Below are positions 44,322-53,999 of a DNA stretch of 64,000 bases, in pieces. This stretch comes from an uncultured Thermoleophilaceae bacterium (GTDB lineage: Bacteria > Actinomycetota > Thermoleophilia > Solirubrobacterales > Thermoleophilaceae). Numbering within the stretch: the stretch's first letter is position 1; each line of letters opens with the position of its first letter. The notes under the pieces are model-generated. The model did no database searches. It saw only the letters and a program-made list of their open reading frames with translations, and was not told the origin of the DNA. A program made the translations under genes and the position numbers. The stretch spans positions 5,405 to 69,404 of the forward strand of contig CAVSJF010000025.1 in the NCBI GenBank assembly GCA_963728155.1, read 5' to 3'.

Positions 44322-45589
44322 TAGAAGATCGCTCCTTCGGCAGCCTTTTCCATGCGGTCGCGCAGCTTCGACTCCATGGTGTCGGGGTCGACGGCGTCGG
44401 GTGGGTGGAAGCTCTTCTGGATGGCCAGCGAGATGTCGCTGTAAGCCGGAGTCACCGGGCGCGGGGCGGCAGCGTCGATCGACTCGCGCAGAACGTCGGC
44501 GAAGGGGAAGGCCTTGATGACCTTCTTGTCCTCATAGAGCGCCTCGGTGGTGGGCGGCAGGCCGCCCAATTCGGCCGCGACGATCTGGTGCTCGTCGCTG
44601 GCCAGGCACTCCGCGGCGTCGAAGGCCAGATCGCTGTTGTTGCTGTAGCTCGAAACGCCGATGTTGATCCCGCCGAGCGGAGGCCTGCTCTCCTTGTCCT
44701 TCTCGGTGCGCGGGTAGCGGGCCCAGCCGATCTTCTCCTGGAAGCCCTTGATGGCGGCTGCGCTCGGGTAGATGAAGGTGTAGTTGAGCTGGTAGTTCGA
44801 GCGCTCGGACTCGAACCCGAGCCGCGCCTCGTCCTCCTTGTTGATGGACATGCCGGGAGGCGCAGCCGGCGAGTTGGCCAGCTTGCTCTCGATCTCGGCC
44901 GCCTTGGTGGCGCTGGCGTCGACCTTCACGTTTCCGTCCTGATCGACCACCTGGCCGCCGGCTCCGGCGATCAGGGCGTTTATCCAAACGGTCAGGCCCT
45001 CGTACTGGGCGCCCTGCACCTCGATGGCCTTGCCCTCCTCGGAGGCTTGGTCGATCATCTCGTCCCAGGTGAAGTCATCGGGCGGTGGGTCGACCTGGTC
45101 CTTGCGGTACCAGAGCAGCTGCGTGTTGCTGGTGAAGGGGATGCCGTAGATCTTGCCCTTGTAGTCCACGGTCTTGAGCGGGCCCTCCAGTCGGCCCGCC
45201 TCGGCCGCCTTGCGGCGCTCGCCCTCCCAGGGCTGGATCCAACCTGCCTCGGCCAGCTCGGCGGTCCAGATCACGTCCATGCCGATCAGGTCGATGCTGT
45301 CGTCCTCGGCCGCGAGCCGCCGGACGACCAGCTCGCGCTGCTGGTTGGCGTCGTTCGGCAGCTTGACGTAGTTGATCTGGTACTTGCCGCCGGCCTCCTT
45401 GTTGCAGTCGGCCACGGCCTTGTCGAAGGCTCCGCCCGGCTCGTTGAAGACGTACCAGTTGATGGCGCGGGCGCCCGAGCCGCCCTCGTCTCCGCCGACT
45501 CCGCAGCCGGTGGCGACCGCGCAAACCACCGTCGCCAAGAGGGCGACCAGCGTCCGGGTCCACCCTCTCGTGCCCTCCTTGGCCATCAC
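44321..45589 (-). CDS. sugar ABC transporter substrate-binding lipoprotein (family 1 SBP)
   Basis: MMAKEGTRGWTRTLVALLATVVCAVATGCGVGG (lipobox); 422 aa. Confidence 0.9.
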   Translation of the reverse strand: MMAKEGTRGWTRTLVALLATVVCAVATGCGVGGDEGGSGARAINWYVFNEPGGAFDKAVADCNKEAGGKYQINYVKLPNDANQQRELVVRRLAAEDDSIDLIGMDVIWTAELAEAGWIQPWEGERRKAAEAGRLEGPLKTVDYKGKIYGIPFTSNTQLLWYRKDQVDPPPDDFTWDEMIDQASEEGKAIEVQGAQYEGLTVWINALIAGAGGQVVDQDGNVKVDASATKAAEIESKLANSPAAPPGMSINKEDEARLGFESERSNYQLNYTFIYPSAAAIKGFQEKIGWARYPRTEKDKESRPPLGGINIGVSSYSNNSDLAFDAAECLASDEHQIVAAELGGLPPTTEALYEDKKVIKAFPFADVLRESIDAAAPRPVTPAYSDISLAIQKSFHPPDAVDPDTMESKLRDRMEKAAEGAIF

Positions 45590-45669
45590 CTGAGCGGCGT
45601 GTACCCAGTCGGGGCAGCATTGATGCGCATGCGGGGCGTTCTCCCTCCTCGTGGCCCGCGCAGGGGCCG

Positions 45670-45683
45670 AGACAACGTTGTCT
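45670..45683. promoter_or_regulatory. perfect 14-bp LacI-type operator palindrome AGACAACGTTGTCT
   Basis: Located in the divergent region between the SBP gene and the LacI gene. A weaker second copy, GAAGAACGTTTTCT, lies at 45726-45739 just before the LacI ATG. Confidence 0.7.
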
Positions 45684-45743
45684 GCACCCTAGACAGAAGC
45701 AAGGCGCCATGTCAAGGTGAGCGCGGAAGAACGTTTTCTGAAT

Positions 45744-46790
45744 ATGAGCGGGACACCCTCAGAAGGGTCGACGCGCGAGCGCCGGCGCCCGACCATGATC
45801 GACGTGGCCGCGCTCGCCGGGGTCAGCCTCAGCACGGTCTCGCGCGTGGTGAACGAGCAGGGTGCGGTCCGGGTGGACATGGCGCAGCGGGTCCGCGAGG
45901 CCGTGGAGCTGCTCGGCTACCGGCGCGACCTCACGGCCAGCACCCTGCGGCGAGCCGACCGAGCCTCGTCCAGCGTCGGGCTGGTGATCGAGGACGTGGC
46001 CAATCCCTTCTTCTCCACCATCCATCGAGGTGTGGAGGAGGTGGCGCGAGCTCGCGGCGTGCTGACCCTCGCCGGCAGCTGCGACGAGGATCCCCGGCGT
46101 GAGCGCGAGCTGGTGCACGGCCTTTGCGAACGCCGCGTCGACGGCCTCGTGATCGCCCCGATCGAGCGCAATCACAGCTACCTGCTGCGCGATCTCGAGG
46201 CGGGCATGGTGGTGGTGTTCATCGATCGCCCGCCCCGAGGCATCGAAGCCGACGCTGTCCTGATCGACAACGCCGGCGCGGCGGAGCAAGCGGTCGACCA
46301 CCTCGTCGGAGCGGGCCACCGGCGGATCGCCTTCCTGGGAGATCGCGAAGAGATCTACACGGCGCGCGAGCGCCTGGCGGGGTATCGCCTGGCGCTCCGG
46401 CGCCACGGCCTCCCGTACGACGACGCGCTCGTGCGCATGGAGCTCGACGAGAGCCCGCGGGCGCGGTCGGCCACGCTCGAACTCTTCGAGATCTCCGAAG
46501 CGCCCGGCGCCCTGCTGACGAGCCAGAACTACATAACCATCGGCGCCGTTCACGCGCTGCAGGCGCTCGGCCGCCAGCACGAGATCGCACTGGTGGGCAT
46601 CGACGACGTGGCCATGGGCGACGCGATCGAGCCCCGCCTCACCGTGGTGGCCCAGGACCCGCTGGGCATGGGCCGCGCGGCCGCCGAGCTTCTGTTCGCC
46701 CGGCTCGACGGCGCCACCGGGCCCGCGCGGCGCCTGCTCATACCCACCGAGCTGCTCGTCCGCGGATCGGGCGAGATCGCGCCGCTCTAG
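45744..46790 (+). CDS. LacI-family transcriptional regulator
   Basis: PTMIDVAALAGVSLSTVSRVVNEQGAVRVDMAQRVREAVELLGYRRD. The start could instead be GTG 45717. Confidence 0.9.
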   Translation: MSGTPSEGSTRERRRPTMIDVAALAGVSLSTVSRVVNEQGAVRVDMAQRVREAVELLGYRRDLTASTLRRADRASSSVGLVIEDVANPFFSTIHRGVEEVARARGVLTLAGSCDEDPRRERELVHGLCERRVDGLVIAPIERNHSYLLRDLEAGMVVVFIDRPPRGIEADAVLIDNAGAAEQAVDHLVGAGHRRIAFLGDREEIYTARERLAGYRLALRRHGLPYDDALVRMELDESPRARSATLELFEISEAPGALLTSQNYITIGAVHALQALGRQHEIALVGIDDVAMGDAIEPRLTVVAQDPLGMGRAAAELLFARLDGATGPARRLLIPTELLVRGSGEIAPL

Positions 46791-48193
46791 CTCGGCCCGA
46801 TCGCGCCGGCGTGGGGCGCCAGCTCCCCGTCGCGCAGCGACCCAGGGTGCGTCTCCACCCGAGGCTCGCCCCGGATCGGTACCGGCAGAGGCTCCGCGGT
46901 GGTGTTCACGGCCACCGTGTGCTCGCCGCGGCGGTAGGCCACCACGCCGTCGGCCGCGTCGAGCAGCTCGAGCCCGTCGCCCAGCACCCGGCGCAGGGCG
47001 AGCAGGTCGCGGACCATGGAGAGGAAGGAGGACGGGTCGTCGCGCTGGGCCTCGACGTTGTGCGCCTGGGGATCGACCACCGGGAGCCAGGGCTCGCCCG
47101 TGGTGAAGCCGCCGCCCGGCGAGGCGTCCCACTGCATCGGGTGGCGGAAGCGGTCGCGCCCCGCGCGATCGAACTGACTCTCGTCCGGCGGGCCGTCGCT
47201 CTGGCCGATCTCGTCGCCCTGGTAGAGAAAGGCCGGGCCGGGCAGCGTCAGCAGCAGCATGGCCGCGGCGCGCGCGTTCTCGGCTCCGAAGCGGGTCGCG
47301 AGGCGGCCGAAGTCGTGGTTCGACATCACCCACGCGGCGCGCCCGGGTATGTGTGTGCAGGCCTCGATCGCGCCGCGCAGCGCCTGCGCGTCCCAGGGCG
47401 CGTGCAAGAGCTCGAAGGCGAAGACCGCGTCGAAGTGATCGGAGTAGGGCTGCCAACGGGCAGCCGGGAGATAGACCTCCCCCACCAGGAACGCCGTCCG
47501 CCCGCACGCCTTGCGGATACCGGCCAGCGCCTCACCGGTGTCGGGCGCGTTGCGCGAGTTGCTCAGGGCAAGGCTCGCCTCGTAGTCGCTCAGCGGCAGG
47601 CCGAAGGGCTCAGTCGCGGGCGGGTCGTCGCGCAGCTGGGGATCCTTGAGCAGGCGGTCGATGGCGTCGATCCGAAAGCCGTCCGCCCCGCGCTCGAGCC
47701 AGAAGCGCAGCACGTCGTGCATCGCCGCCACCACCTCGGGGTTCCGCCAGTCGAGGTCGGGCTGCTCGGGATAGAAGGAGTGCAGGTAGTAGCGGCCGTT
47801 CAGGGGCTCCCACGTCGAGCCGCCGAAGGCCGAGGACCAGTTGTTGGGCTCGTCGGCCCAGATGTACCAGTCGGGGTGCTCGCGAAACCACGGATGCTCG
47901 ATCGAGGTGTGGCAGGGAACGATGTCGAGCAGCAGCTTCATGCCGCGCGCGTGCGTCTCCTCGGCGAGCGCGTCGAAGTCGGCCAGGCTGCCGAAAACCG
48001 GGTCGACGTCCGTGTAGTCGGACACGTCGTAGCCGAAGTCGGCCATCGGGGAGGGGTAGATGGGCGAGAGCCAGATGGCGTCTACGCCGAGCCACTCCAG
48101 GTGGTCGAGGCGAGAGCGGATGCCCGGCAGGTCACCGATGCCGTCGCCGTCGGAGTCCTGGAAGGACCGCGGATAGATCTGGTACACGACCAT
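46787..48193 (-). CDS. GH13 alpha-glucosidase / oligo-1,6-glucosidase-like enzyme
   Basis: MVVYQIYPRSFQDSDGDGIGDLPGI, GVDAIWLSPIY, DIVPCHTS, GADGFRIDAI, FLVGEVY, SNHDFGR. Confidence 0.9.
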   Translation of the reverse strand: MVVYQIYPRSFQDSDGDGIGDLPGIRSRLDHLEWLGVDAIWLSPIYPSPMADFGYDVSDYTDVDPVFGSLADFDALAEETHARGMKLLLDIVPCHTSIEHPWFREHPDWYIWADEPNNWSSAFGGSTWEPLNGRYYLHSFYPEQPDLDWRNPEVVAAMHDVLRFWLERGADGFRIDAIDRLLKDPQLRDDPPATEPFGLPLSDYEASLALSNSRNAPDTGEALAGIRKACGRTAFLVGEVYLPAARWQPYSDHFDAVFAFELLHAPWDAQALRGAIEACTHIPGRAAWVMSNHDFGRLATRFGAENARAAAMLLLTLPGPAFLYQGDEIGQSDGPPDESQFDRAGRDRFRHPMQWDASPGGGFTTGEPWLPVVDPQAHNVEAQRDDPSSFLSMVRDLLALRRVLGDGLELLDAADGVVAYRRGEHTVAVNTTAEPLPVPIRGEPRVETHPGSLRDGELAPHAGAIGPS

Positions 48194-48416
48194 CGACCCC
48201 ACGCTACGCGAAGAGCGTCTGCGCCCGCCCTGATGCCAAACGACGGCGAGGCGCCGGAGCGCCTCGCCGCGGGTCGGGGGGACGGGGGCCGGCACATGTC
48301 GGCGTAGCCGGCTCCCGTGGTCTGCGGAGACTGCCTTCGTGGCCGTCACCGCAGATACCTCCTCGTGTACCGGGGAGCGGTTTGGTCTAAACGACCTTTC
48401 GGGTAACGAACCGCAC

Positions 48417-49850
48417 ATGGCCACCGCTGCTCGCAAGAGCCCCTTCGCGACCAAGTCCACCGAGCAGCTCCTCAAGACCGCGGAGGGCTCGGGCCTCCAG
48501 CGAGGAATCGGCACCCTCGATCTCACCGCGCTCGGCATCGGGGCGATCATCGGCACGGGCATCTTCGTGATCGTCGGCGAGGCGATCGGCGAGTCCGGTC
48601 CCGCCCTTGTCATCTCATTCGTGCTCGCGGGCGTGACCTGCGTCTTCTCCGCGCTGTCCTACGCCGAGCTGGCGTCGACGATTCCGGTCTCGGGATCGGC
48701 CTACACCTACGCCTACGCGACGATGGGCGAGCTGCTCGCCTTCATCATCGGGTGGGACCTGATCCTCGAGTACGGCGTATCGGTGGCCGCCGTGGCGGTG
48801 GGCTGGGGGGCTTACTTCGTCGAGCTGATGGACTCGTTGTTCGGGGTTACGCTCAGCGAGTCGATCACCCTGCCTCCGGGCGACGGCGGCAACGTCAACG
48901 TCCCCGCCTTCATGCTCATACTGGCCGTCGCCGGCGTCCTGATCCTCGGCGTTCGCCAATCGGCGCGCTCGAACACAATCATGGTGATCACGAAGCTGGT
49001 GGTACTGGCCTTCTTCATCCTCGTGGCGATCACCGCGTTCGACGGCGACAACTTCTCCAACTTCGCCCCCAACGGCTGGAGCGGCATCGAGAACGCCGCC
49101 GCGCTGATCTTCTTCGCCTACATCGGCTTCGACGCGGTCTCCACCGGCAGCGAGGAGTGCAAGGACCCGGCCAAGAGCCTGCCGATCGCGATCGTCGGCT
49201 CGCTGGTGATCTGCACGATCATCTACATCCTCGTGTCCGTGGCGGCGGTCGGCGCGCTGCCCGCCGACCAGCTGGCCGGCCAGGACGCGCCTCTGGCTGT
49301 CGCTCTCTCCGAGGGGGCGGGAGTCCAATGGGGCGCCGACATCGTCACCTTCGGAGCGCTCGTGGCCATCACGAGCGTGGTGCTCACCATTCTCTATGGC
49401 CAGACACGGGTGGCCTTCTCGATCTGCCGCGACGGCCTGCTTCCCTCGAGCCTCGCCGTAGTGTGGGAGAAGACGCGCACGCCCGTGATCCTGACCCTCG
49501 TGTTCGCGATCCCCATAGCGCTTCTGGCCGCGTTCGTGCCGCTGCAGGAGATCGTCGAGCTGGTGAACATAGGCACGCTCTTCGCCTTCCTCATCGTGAA
49601 CATCGCGGTGATCGTGCTACGGCGGACGAAGCCCGACATGGAGCGCGGCTTCCGCGTGCCGCTGGTGCCCGTCGTCCCGATCATCGGTGGCCTTCTCTGT
49701 ATCTACCTGATGACCAAGCTGCCAGGGACGACCTGGGTGCGCTTCGGCCTGTGGCTGGTGCTCGGCATGATCATCTACGCCGCCTACGGGTACCGCCACT
49801 CGACTATGCGCAACGACGGCGACGAGCCGGCCGACGCGGAGATGGCCTAG
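48417..49850 (+). CDS. APC-superfamily amino-acid permease (cationic amino-acid transporter-like)
   Basis: LDLTALGIGAIIGTGIFVIVGEA, SGSAYTYAYATMGELLAFIIGWDLILEY, about 12-14 TMS. Confidence 0.9.
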   Translation: MATAARKSPFATKSTEQLLKTAEGSGLQRGIGTLDLTALGIGAIIGTGIFVIVGEAIGESGPALVISFVLAGVTCVFSALSYAELASTIPVSGSAYTYAYATMGELLAFIIGWDLILEYGVSVAAVAVGWGAYFVELMDSLFGVTLSESITLPPGDGGNVNVPAFMLILAVAGVLILGVRQSARSNTIMVITKLVVLAFFILVAITAFDGDNFSNFAPNGWSGIENAAALIFFAYIGFDAVSTGSEECKDPAKSLPIAIVGSLVICTIIYILVSVAAVGALPADQLAGQDAPLAVALSEGAGVQWGADIVTFGALVAITSVVLTILYGQTRVAFSICRDGLLPSSLAVVWEKTRTPVILTLVFAIPIALLAAFVPLQEIVELVNIGTLFAFLIVNIAVIVLRRTKPDMERGFRVPLVPVVPIIGGLLCIYLMTKLPGTTWVRFGLWLVLGMIIYAAYGYRHSTMRNDGDEPADAEMA

Positions 49851-49885
49851 TAGGCGTACTCGCCACCGCCGCCGCGACTTGGTTC

Positions 49886-50263
49886 ATGGCCGGCGTGGGC
49901 TGGTTCGTGCAGGTGGTGCATTACCCGCTGTTCGCGTCGGTGGGCACCGACGCCTTTCCCCGGTACCACGAGGCCCATTCGCGGCTGACGACCCGGGTCG
50001 TCCTCCTGCCCATGGTCGTGGAGCTGGCCGGCTCGGCGCTGCTGGTGGCCGACCGCCCAGCCGGAGTGGGGGCGGGATTGGCATGGGCCGGCCTGGCTCT
50101 GGCGCTGGTCACGTGGGTTTCCACGGCGGCGATCCAGGTGCCTCGCCACCGCACCCTCACGCCGGACGGCGTGAAGAGCCTCGTGGCCGGGACCTGGGTC
50201 CGCACCATCGCGTGGACGGCCCACGGCGGGGTGATGCTGGCCATGCTCGACGCCGCACGCTGA
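49886..50263 (+). CDS. DUF1772-like membrane protein; N-terminus probably extends upstream
   Basis: MAGVGWFVQVVHYPLFASVG...AIQVPRHRTL. The frame is open upstream (LVGVLATAAATWF) and would complete the first TM segment, but it contains no ATG/GTG/TTG. Confidence 0.5.
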   Translation: MAGVGWFVQVVHYPLFASVGTDAFPRYHEAHSRLTTRVVLLPMVVELAGSALLVADRPAGVGAGLAWAGLALALVTWVSTAAIQVPRHRTLTPDGVKSLVAGTWVRTIAWTAHGGVMLAMLDAAR

Positions 50264-50286
50264 ACCGCCCGATAGTGTGATTTGCG

Positions 50287-50973
50287 ATGGCTTCTTCGCG
50301 CAAGGACGAGCGCGAGAAGGAGCGGCGTTTCAACCTGCGGACGCTCGTGATCGCGAGCTCCGCCTCCGCCACGGCGGCCGTCGTGACCTCGCAGCTCTGG
50401 ATCGCCGGCACCTGGATCGCCGCGGCGCTGACGCCTGTGCTGGTGGCCCTGGTCAGCGAGCTGCTGCACCGCCCGACCGAGAAGATCGCCGAGCGCCTCA
50501 CCACCGACCGGCCGCCCCTGCGGGGCGAGCGCGAACCTTCGCCGCGGGAGCTCGAGCCGGGCGAGGCGCCGATCCGCGTGTACCGCAGCGGCTCACCCCC
50601 ACCGCGCCGGCGCAGGATCGCGGTGGGCGCCGTGCTCGGCACCGGCGCGCTGGCGCTGGTGATCGCGGTGGTGGCGCTGACCGTGCCAGAGCTGATCGCC
50701 GGCGGCGCGGTGGGCAGCAGCGACAGCAGGACCACCTTCTTCCAGCGCGATCGCGAGCGCTCGACCTCCGAAGAGGAACAGCAGCGCCAGGCGCCGTCCG
50801 AGAGCACCCGGGAGTCGCCGTCGGCCACCGTTACGCCGAGCGAGCCTCAGACCAGCGGGGAGACGACCACCGAGCCGCCCGCCACCGAGCCGCCGCCCAC
50901 GGCGACCACTCCCCCGCCCACGAGCTCGACGCCGGCCCCGGCCCCGGCACCGGCACCGGGTGCGCAGCCCTAG
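50287..50973 (+). CDS. hypothetical membrane protein with a Pro/Thr-rich C-terminal tail
   Basis: Two hydrophobic segments (LVIASSASATAAVVTSQLWIAGTWIAAALTPVLVALV; IAVGAVLGTGALALVIAVVAL), then TTEPPATEPPPTATTPPPTSSTPAPAPAPAPG. Confidence 0.55.
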   Translation: MASSRKDEREKERRFNLRTLVIASSASATAAVVTSQLWIAGTWIAAALTPVLVALVSELLHRPTEKIAERLTTDRPPLRGEREPSPRELEPGEAPIRVYRSGSPPPRRRRIAVGAVLGTGALALVIAVVALTVPELIAGGAVGSSDSRTTFFQRDRERSTSEEEQQRQAPSESTRESPSATVTPSEPQTSGETTTEPPATEPPPTATTPPPTSSTPAPAPAPAPGAQP

Positions 50974-50981
50974 CCGGGGCG

Positions 50982-51658
50982 ATGCGTAGGCTGCGCGAAT
51001 CCACCAGCTCGCCGAGAACGTATTCCGGCTCAAGGGCCGGCCACCCAACGTGATCAACGTCTACCTGGTCGAGGACGTGCTGATCGACGCGGGAACCGAC
51101 CGCGCGCACAGGCGAATCCTGCCCCAACTCGAGGGCCGCCAGGTAAGCGCCCACGCGCTCACCCACGCCCATCCCGACCACTACGGCTCGAGCCACAAGG
51201 TCTGCGAGGCCCTCGAGATCCCGCTCTGGTGCAGCGAGCGTGACGCGCCGGTGGTGGAGGGCGCGCGCCCGCCGACCGGCGAGGGCCGGGGTCGCGGACT
51301 GGCGGCCAAGCTGCCGCTTCCGCCCGCCCACACGGTCGCGCGCAAGCTCGAGGAAGGCGATGAGGTGGCCGGGTTCACGGTGATGGAGACCCCCGGCCAC
51401 TCCCCGGGCCACCTCTCGTTCTGGCGCGACTCCGACCGCACTCTCATCTGCGGCGACGTGTTCTTCAACCTCAATCCGCTCACCGGCCGGCCCGGCCTGC
51501 GCGAGCCCCCGCGGGTCGTGACCCCCGACGTGGCGCTCAACCGGGAGTCCGCCCGGCGCGTGGCCCGCCTCCAGCCGGCGTTGACGCTCTTCGGGCACGG
51601 CCCGCCGCTGCGCGACGCCGAGAAGCTCGTCCGCTTCGCGCAGTCCCTGCCGCGCTGA
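50982..51658 (+). CDS. MBL-fold metallo-hydrolase; N-terminus reachable only through a -1 frame change near 50998
   Basis: THAHPDHYGS and GHSPGH motifs. The conserved N-terminal strand IHQLAENVFRLKGRPPNVINVYLVEDVLIDAG lies upstream of the first GTG (51050) and has no start codon. ATG 50982 (MRRLRE) is one frame away, across an aa run. Confidence 0.7.
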
Positions 51659-51681
51659 GCGACTCAACCGGACGAGAGCGC

Positions 51682-52620
51682 GTGCCACCATTGACGCCGG
51701 TGGCCCAGCGCTCTCACCACCACGGCCACGACCACGTGGCCACGGCGAACGGACGCCGGCTCGGCGTCGCCCTCGCACTGATCCTGGGGTTCATGGCGGT
51801 CGAGGTGGTCGTCGGCATCCTCGCCTCCTCCCTCGCCCTGCTCTCCGATGCCGCGCACATGCTCACGGACGCCGGCGCGATCGCGCTCGCTCTCGTGGCG
51901 GCGCGACTGGCCGGCAGGCCGGCGCAGGGCGGCTTCACCTTCGGGCTCAAGCGCGCGGAGATCCTCTCCGCGCAGATCAACGGCGTGACGCTGGTGGCGC
52001 TGGCCGCGGTGATCGTGTTCGAGGGCATTCGCCGGCTGGTGTCGCCCCCGGACGTCGATGGCACGGCCGTGCTGGTGGTCGCCCTGGCGGGCATCGGGGT
52101 GAACCTGCTCGCGACCCTGGTCCTCGCCGGCGCCGACCGCCGCAGCCTCAACGTCGAGGGCGCCTTCCAGCACGTGCTGACCGACCTCTACGCCTTCATC
52201 GCCACGGCGGTCGCCGGCGGCGTCATCCTGGCGACCGGCTGGGGACAGGCCGACGGCATAGCCGCGCTGCTCGTGGCCGCGCTCATGTTCCGATCCGGGT
52301 GGGGTCTGCTGCGTGAGTCCGGGCGGGTACTGCTCGAGGCCGCACCGCGCGGCCTCGACCCCCAGGAGATCGGCCGCACGCTCGCCTCGGAGCCCCACGT
52401 GGTGGAGGTGCACGACCTCCACGTGTGGGAGGTCACCTCGGGAATGCCCTCGCTGTCGGCGCACGTGACCGTCGGCGCGGGCTGCGACACCCAGTCGCAC
52501 CGTCGCCGCCTCTCCGAGCTGCTGCAGGAGCGCTTCGGCATCGAACACACAACGCTTCAGGTCGAGGCCCGCCACGAGGGCCCGCTGGAGATCGAGCCGC
52601 TGCGGCCGGGCAGGGTCTGA
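51682..52620 (+). CDS. cation diffusion facilitator (CzcD/ZitB-type) metal efflux transporter
   Basis: His-rich N-terminus SHHHGHDH. LALLSDAAHMLTDAGAI, FQHVLTDLYAFI, VHDLHVWEVTSG. Confidence 0.9.
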   Translation: MPPLTPVAQRSHHHGHDHVATANGRRLGVALALILGFMAVEVVVGILASSLALLSDAAHMLTDAGAIALALVAARLAGRPAQGGFTFGLKRAEILSAQINGVTLVALAAVIVFEGIRRLVSPPDVDGTAVLVVALAGIGVNLLATLVLAGADRRSLNVEGAFQHVLTDLYAFIATAVAGGVILATGWGQADGIAALLVAALMFRSGWGLLRESGRVLLEAAPRGLDPQEIGRTLASEPHVVEVHDLHVWEVTSGMPSLSAHVTVGAGCDTQSHRRRLSELLQERFGIEHTTLQVEARHEGPLEIEPLRPGRV

Positions 52621-53085
52621 ATGCCCCGCTTCGTGATCCAGCAGCACGATGCGACCTCGATGCACTACGACTTCCGCCTCGAGGTGGACGGGACCTTCAA
52701 GTCGTGGGCCGTGCCCAAGGGGCCCTCCACCGACCCGCGCGACAAGCGCCTGGCGATGGCCGTCGACGACCACGAGATCTCCTGGGGCGACTTCGAGGGC
52801 GTGATTGGCGAGGGCTACGGCGCGGGCCGGGTGATCGTGTGGGATCGCGGCAGCTACGAGAGCCTTCACGAGGAGCCGATGGGCGAGTCGCTGGCCGCCG
52901 GGCACGCCTCGTTCTGGCTCGACGGCCACAAGCTGCGCGGCGGCTGGTCCCTGAGGCACACCGACGGCCGGCGCTGGCTGCTTATCAAGCGCCGCGACGA
53001 GGAGGCCGACGCCCGGCGCCGGCCCACCAGCACCCAGCCCGAATCGGTGGTCAGTGGGCGGAGGATCGACGAGGTGGAAAGCTGA
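52621..53085 (+). CDS. ligD: DNA ligase D 3'-phosphoesterase domain protein (stand-alone)
   Basis: MPRFVIQQHDATSMHYDFRLEVDGTFKSWAVPKGPSTDP...DHEISWGDFEGVIGEGYGAG. Confidence 0.9.
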   Translation: MPRFVIQQHDATSMHYDFRLEVDGTFKSWAVPKGPSTDPRDKRLAMAVDDHEISWGDFEGVIGEGYGAGRVIVWDRGSYESLHEEPMGESLAAGHASFWLDGHKLRGGWSLRHTDGRRWLLIKRRDEEADARRRPTSTQPESVVSGRRIDEVES

Positions 53086-53099
53086 GCGACTACGCCGCA

Positions 53100-53999
53100 A
53101 TGAAGGCCGTGCTCTCCGACGAGCCGTTCTCGGATCCTGCTTGGGTCTTCGAGCGCAAGCTCGACGGCGTTCGTTGCATCGCCCACCGCGACGGCTCGCG
53201 GGTGCGCCTGCTCTCGCGCACCGATCGCGACATGAGCGCTCAGTACTGGGAGATCGCCGAGGCCCTCGAAGCCGATCCGTGCGAGAACTTCGTGATCGAC
53301 GGCGAGGTGGTGGCCCTCGACAGCCACGGGATCTCGCGGTTCGGGCGGCTGCAGCGCCGGGGCAAGGAGCGGGTGGCCATCTACCTGTACGTGTTCGACC
53401 TGCTGCGCTTCGAGGGCACCGATCTGCGCGAGCTGCCCCTGCGGGAGCGCAAGCAGCAGCTGCGCGACGGCCTGCGCTTCCACGACCCGATCCGCTTCAC
53501 CCCGCACCGCAACGAGCAGGGCGAGCGCCTGTTCGAGGAGGCCTGCCGCAAGGGCCTGGAGGGGGTGATCGCCAAGCGGGCCGACAGCCCGTATCGGTCC
53601 GCGCGCTCGCGCGACTGGCTGAAGCTCAAGTGCCACGCCGAGCAGGAGCTCGTGATCGGGGGCTACACCGCGCCGCAGGGGACGCGCACCGACTTCGGCG
53701 CGCTGCTCGTGGGCTACTTCGAGGGCGAGCAGCTCCGCTACGCGGGCAAGGTGGGCACCGGGTTCGGACAGTCGACCCTCGCCGAGCTGGGCGCGGCGAT
53801 GCGAGAGCTCGAGGTGGAGGACAACCCGTTCGCCGAGGTCAATCCCGTCCCGCGCGGCACGCACTGGGTCAAGCCGGAGCTGGTGGCCCAGATCGCCTTC
53901 GCGGAATGGACGCGCGACGGGCGCCTGCGCCACCCGCGCTACCTGGGCCTGCGCGACGACAAGGCCGCCTCCGAGGTGGTACGGGAAGTTCCATCGTGA
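53100..53999 (+). CDS. ligD: ATP-dependent DNA ligase (LigD ligase domain, stand-alone)
   Basis: MKAVLSDEPFSDPAWVFERKLDGVRC (KxDG adenylation motif), EGVIAKRADSPY, DWLKLKC. Confidence 0.9.
   Translation: MKAVLSDEPFSDPAWVFERKLDGVRCIAHRDGSRVRLLSRTDRDMSAQYWEIAEALEADPCENFVIDGEVVALDSHGISRFGRLQRRGKERVAIYLYVFDLLRFEGTDLRELPLRERKQQLRDGLRFHDPIRFTPHRNEQGERLFEEACRKGLEGVIAKRADSPYRSARSRDWLKLKCHAEQELVIGGYTAPQGTRTDFGALLVGYFEGEQLRYAGKVGTGFGQSTLAELGAAMRELEVEDNPFAEVNPVPRGTHWVKPELVAQIAFAEWTRDGRLRHPRYLGLRDDKAASEVVREVPS

Noticed and set aside
48194-48416. Lysine, glycine or another amino-acid riboswitch upstream of the APC permease.
   Set aside because: I could not find the conserved core sequences of any riboswitch class I know. 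Only a generic GC hairpin is evident.
53082-53102. A third CTGA junction (CTG 53082 overlapping the phosphoesterase stop) as a possible CTG start for the ligase.
   Set aside because: ATG 53100 gives MKAVLSDEPF..W.FE.K.DG.R, which matches the usual N-terminus of stand-alone LigD ligase domains. The CTGA here is most simply a coincidence, and it weakens the CTG-start argument made for the other sites somewhat.
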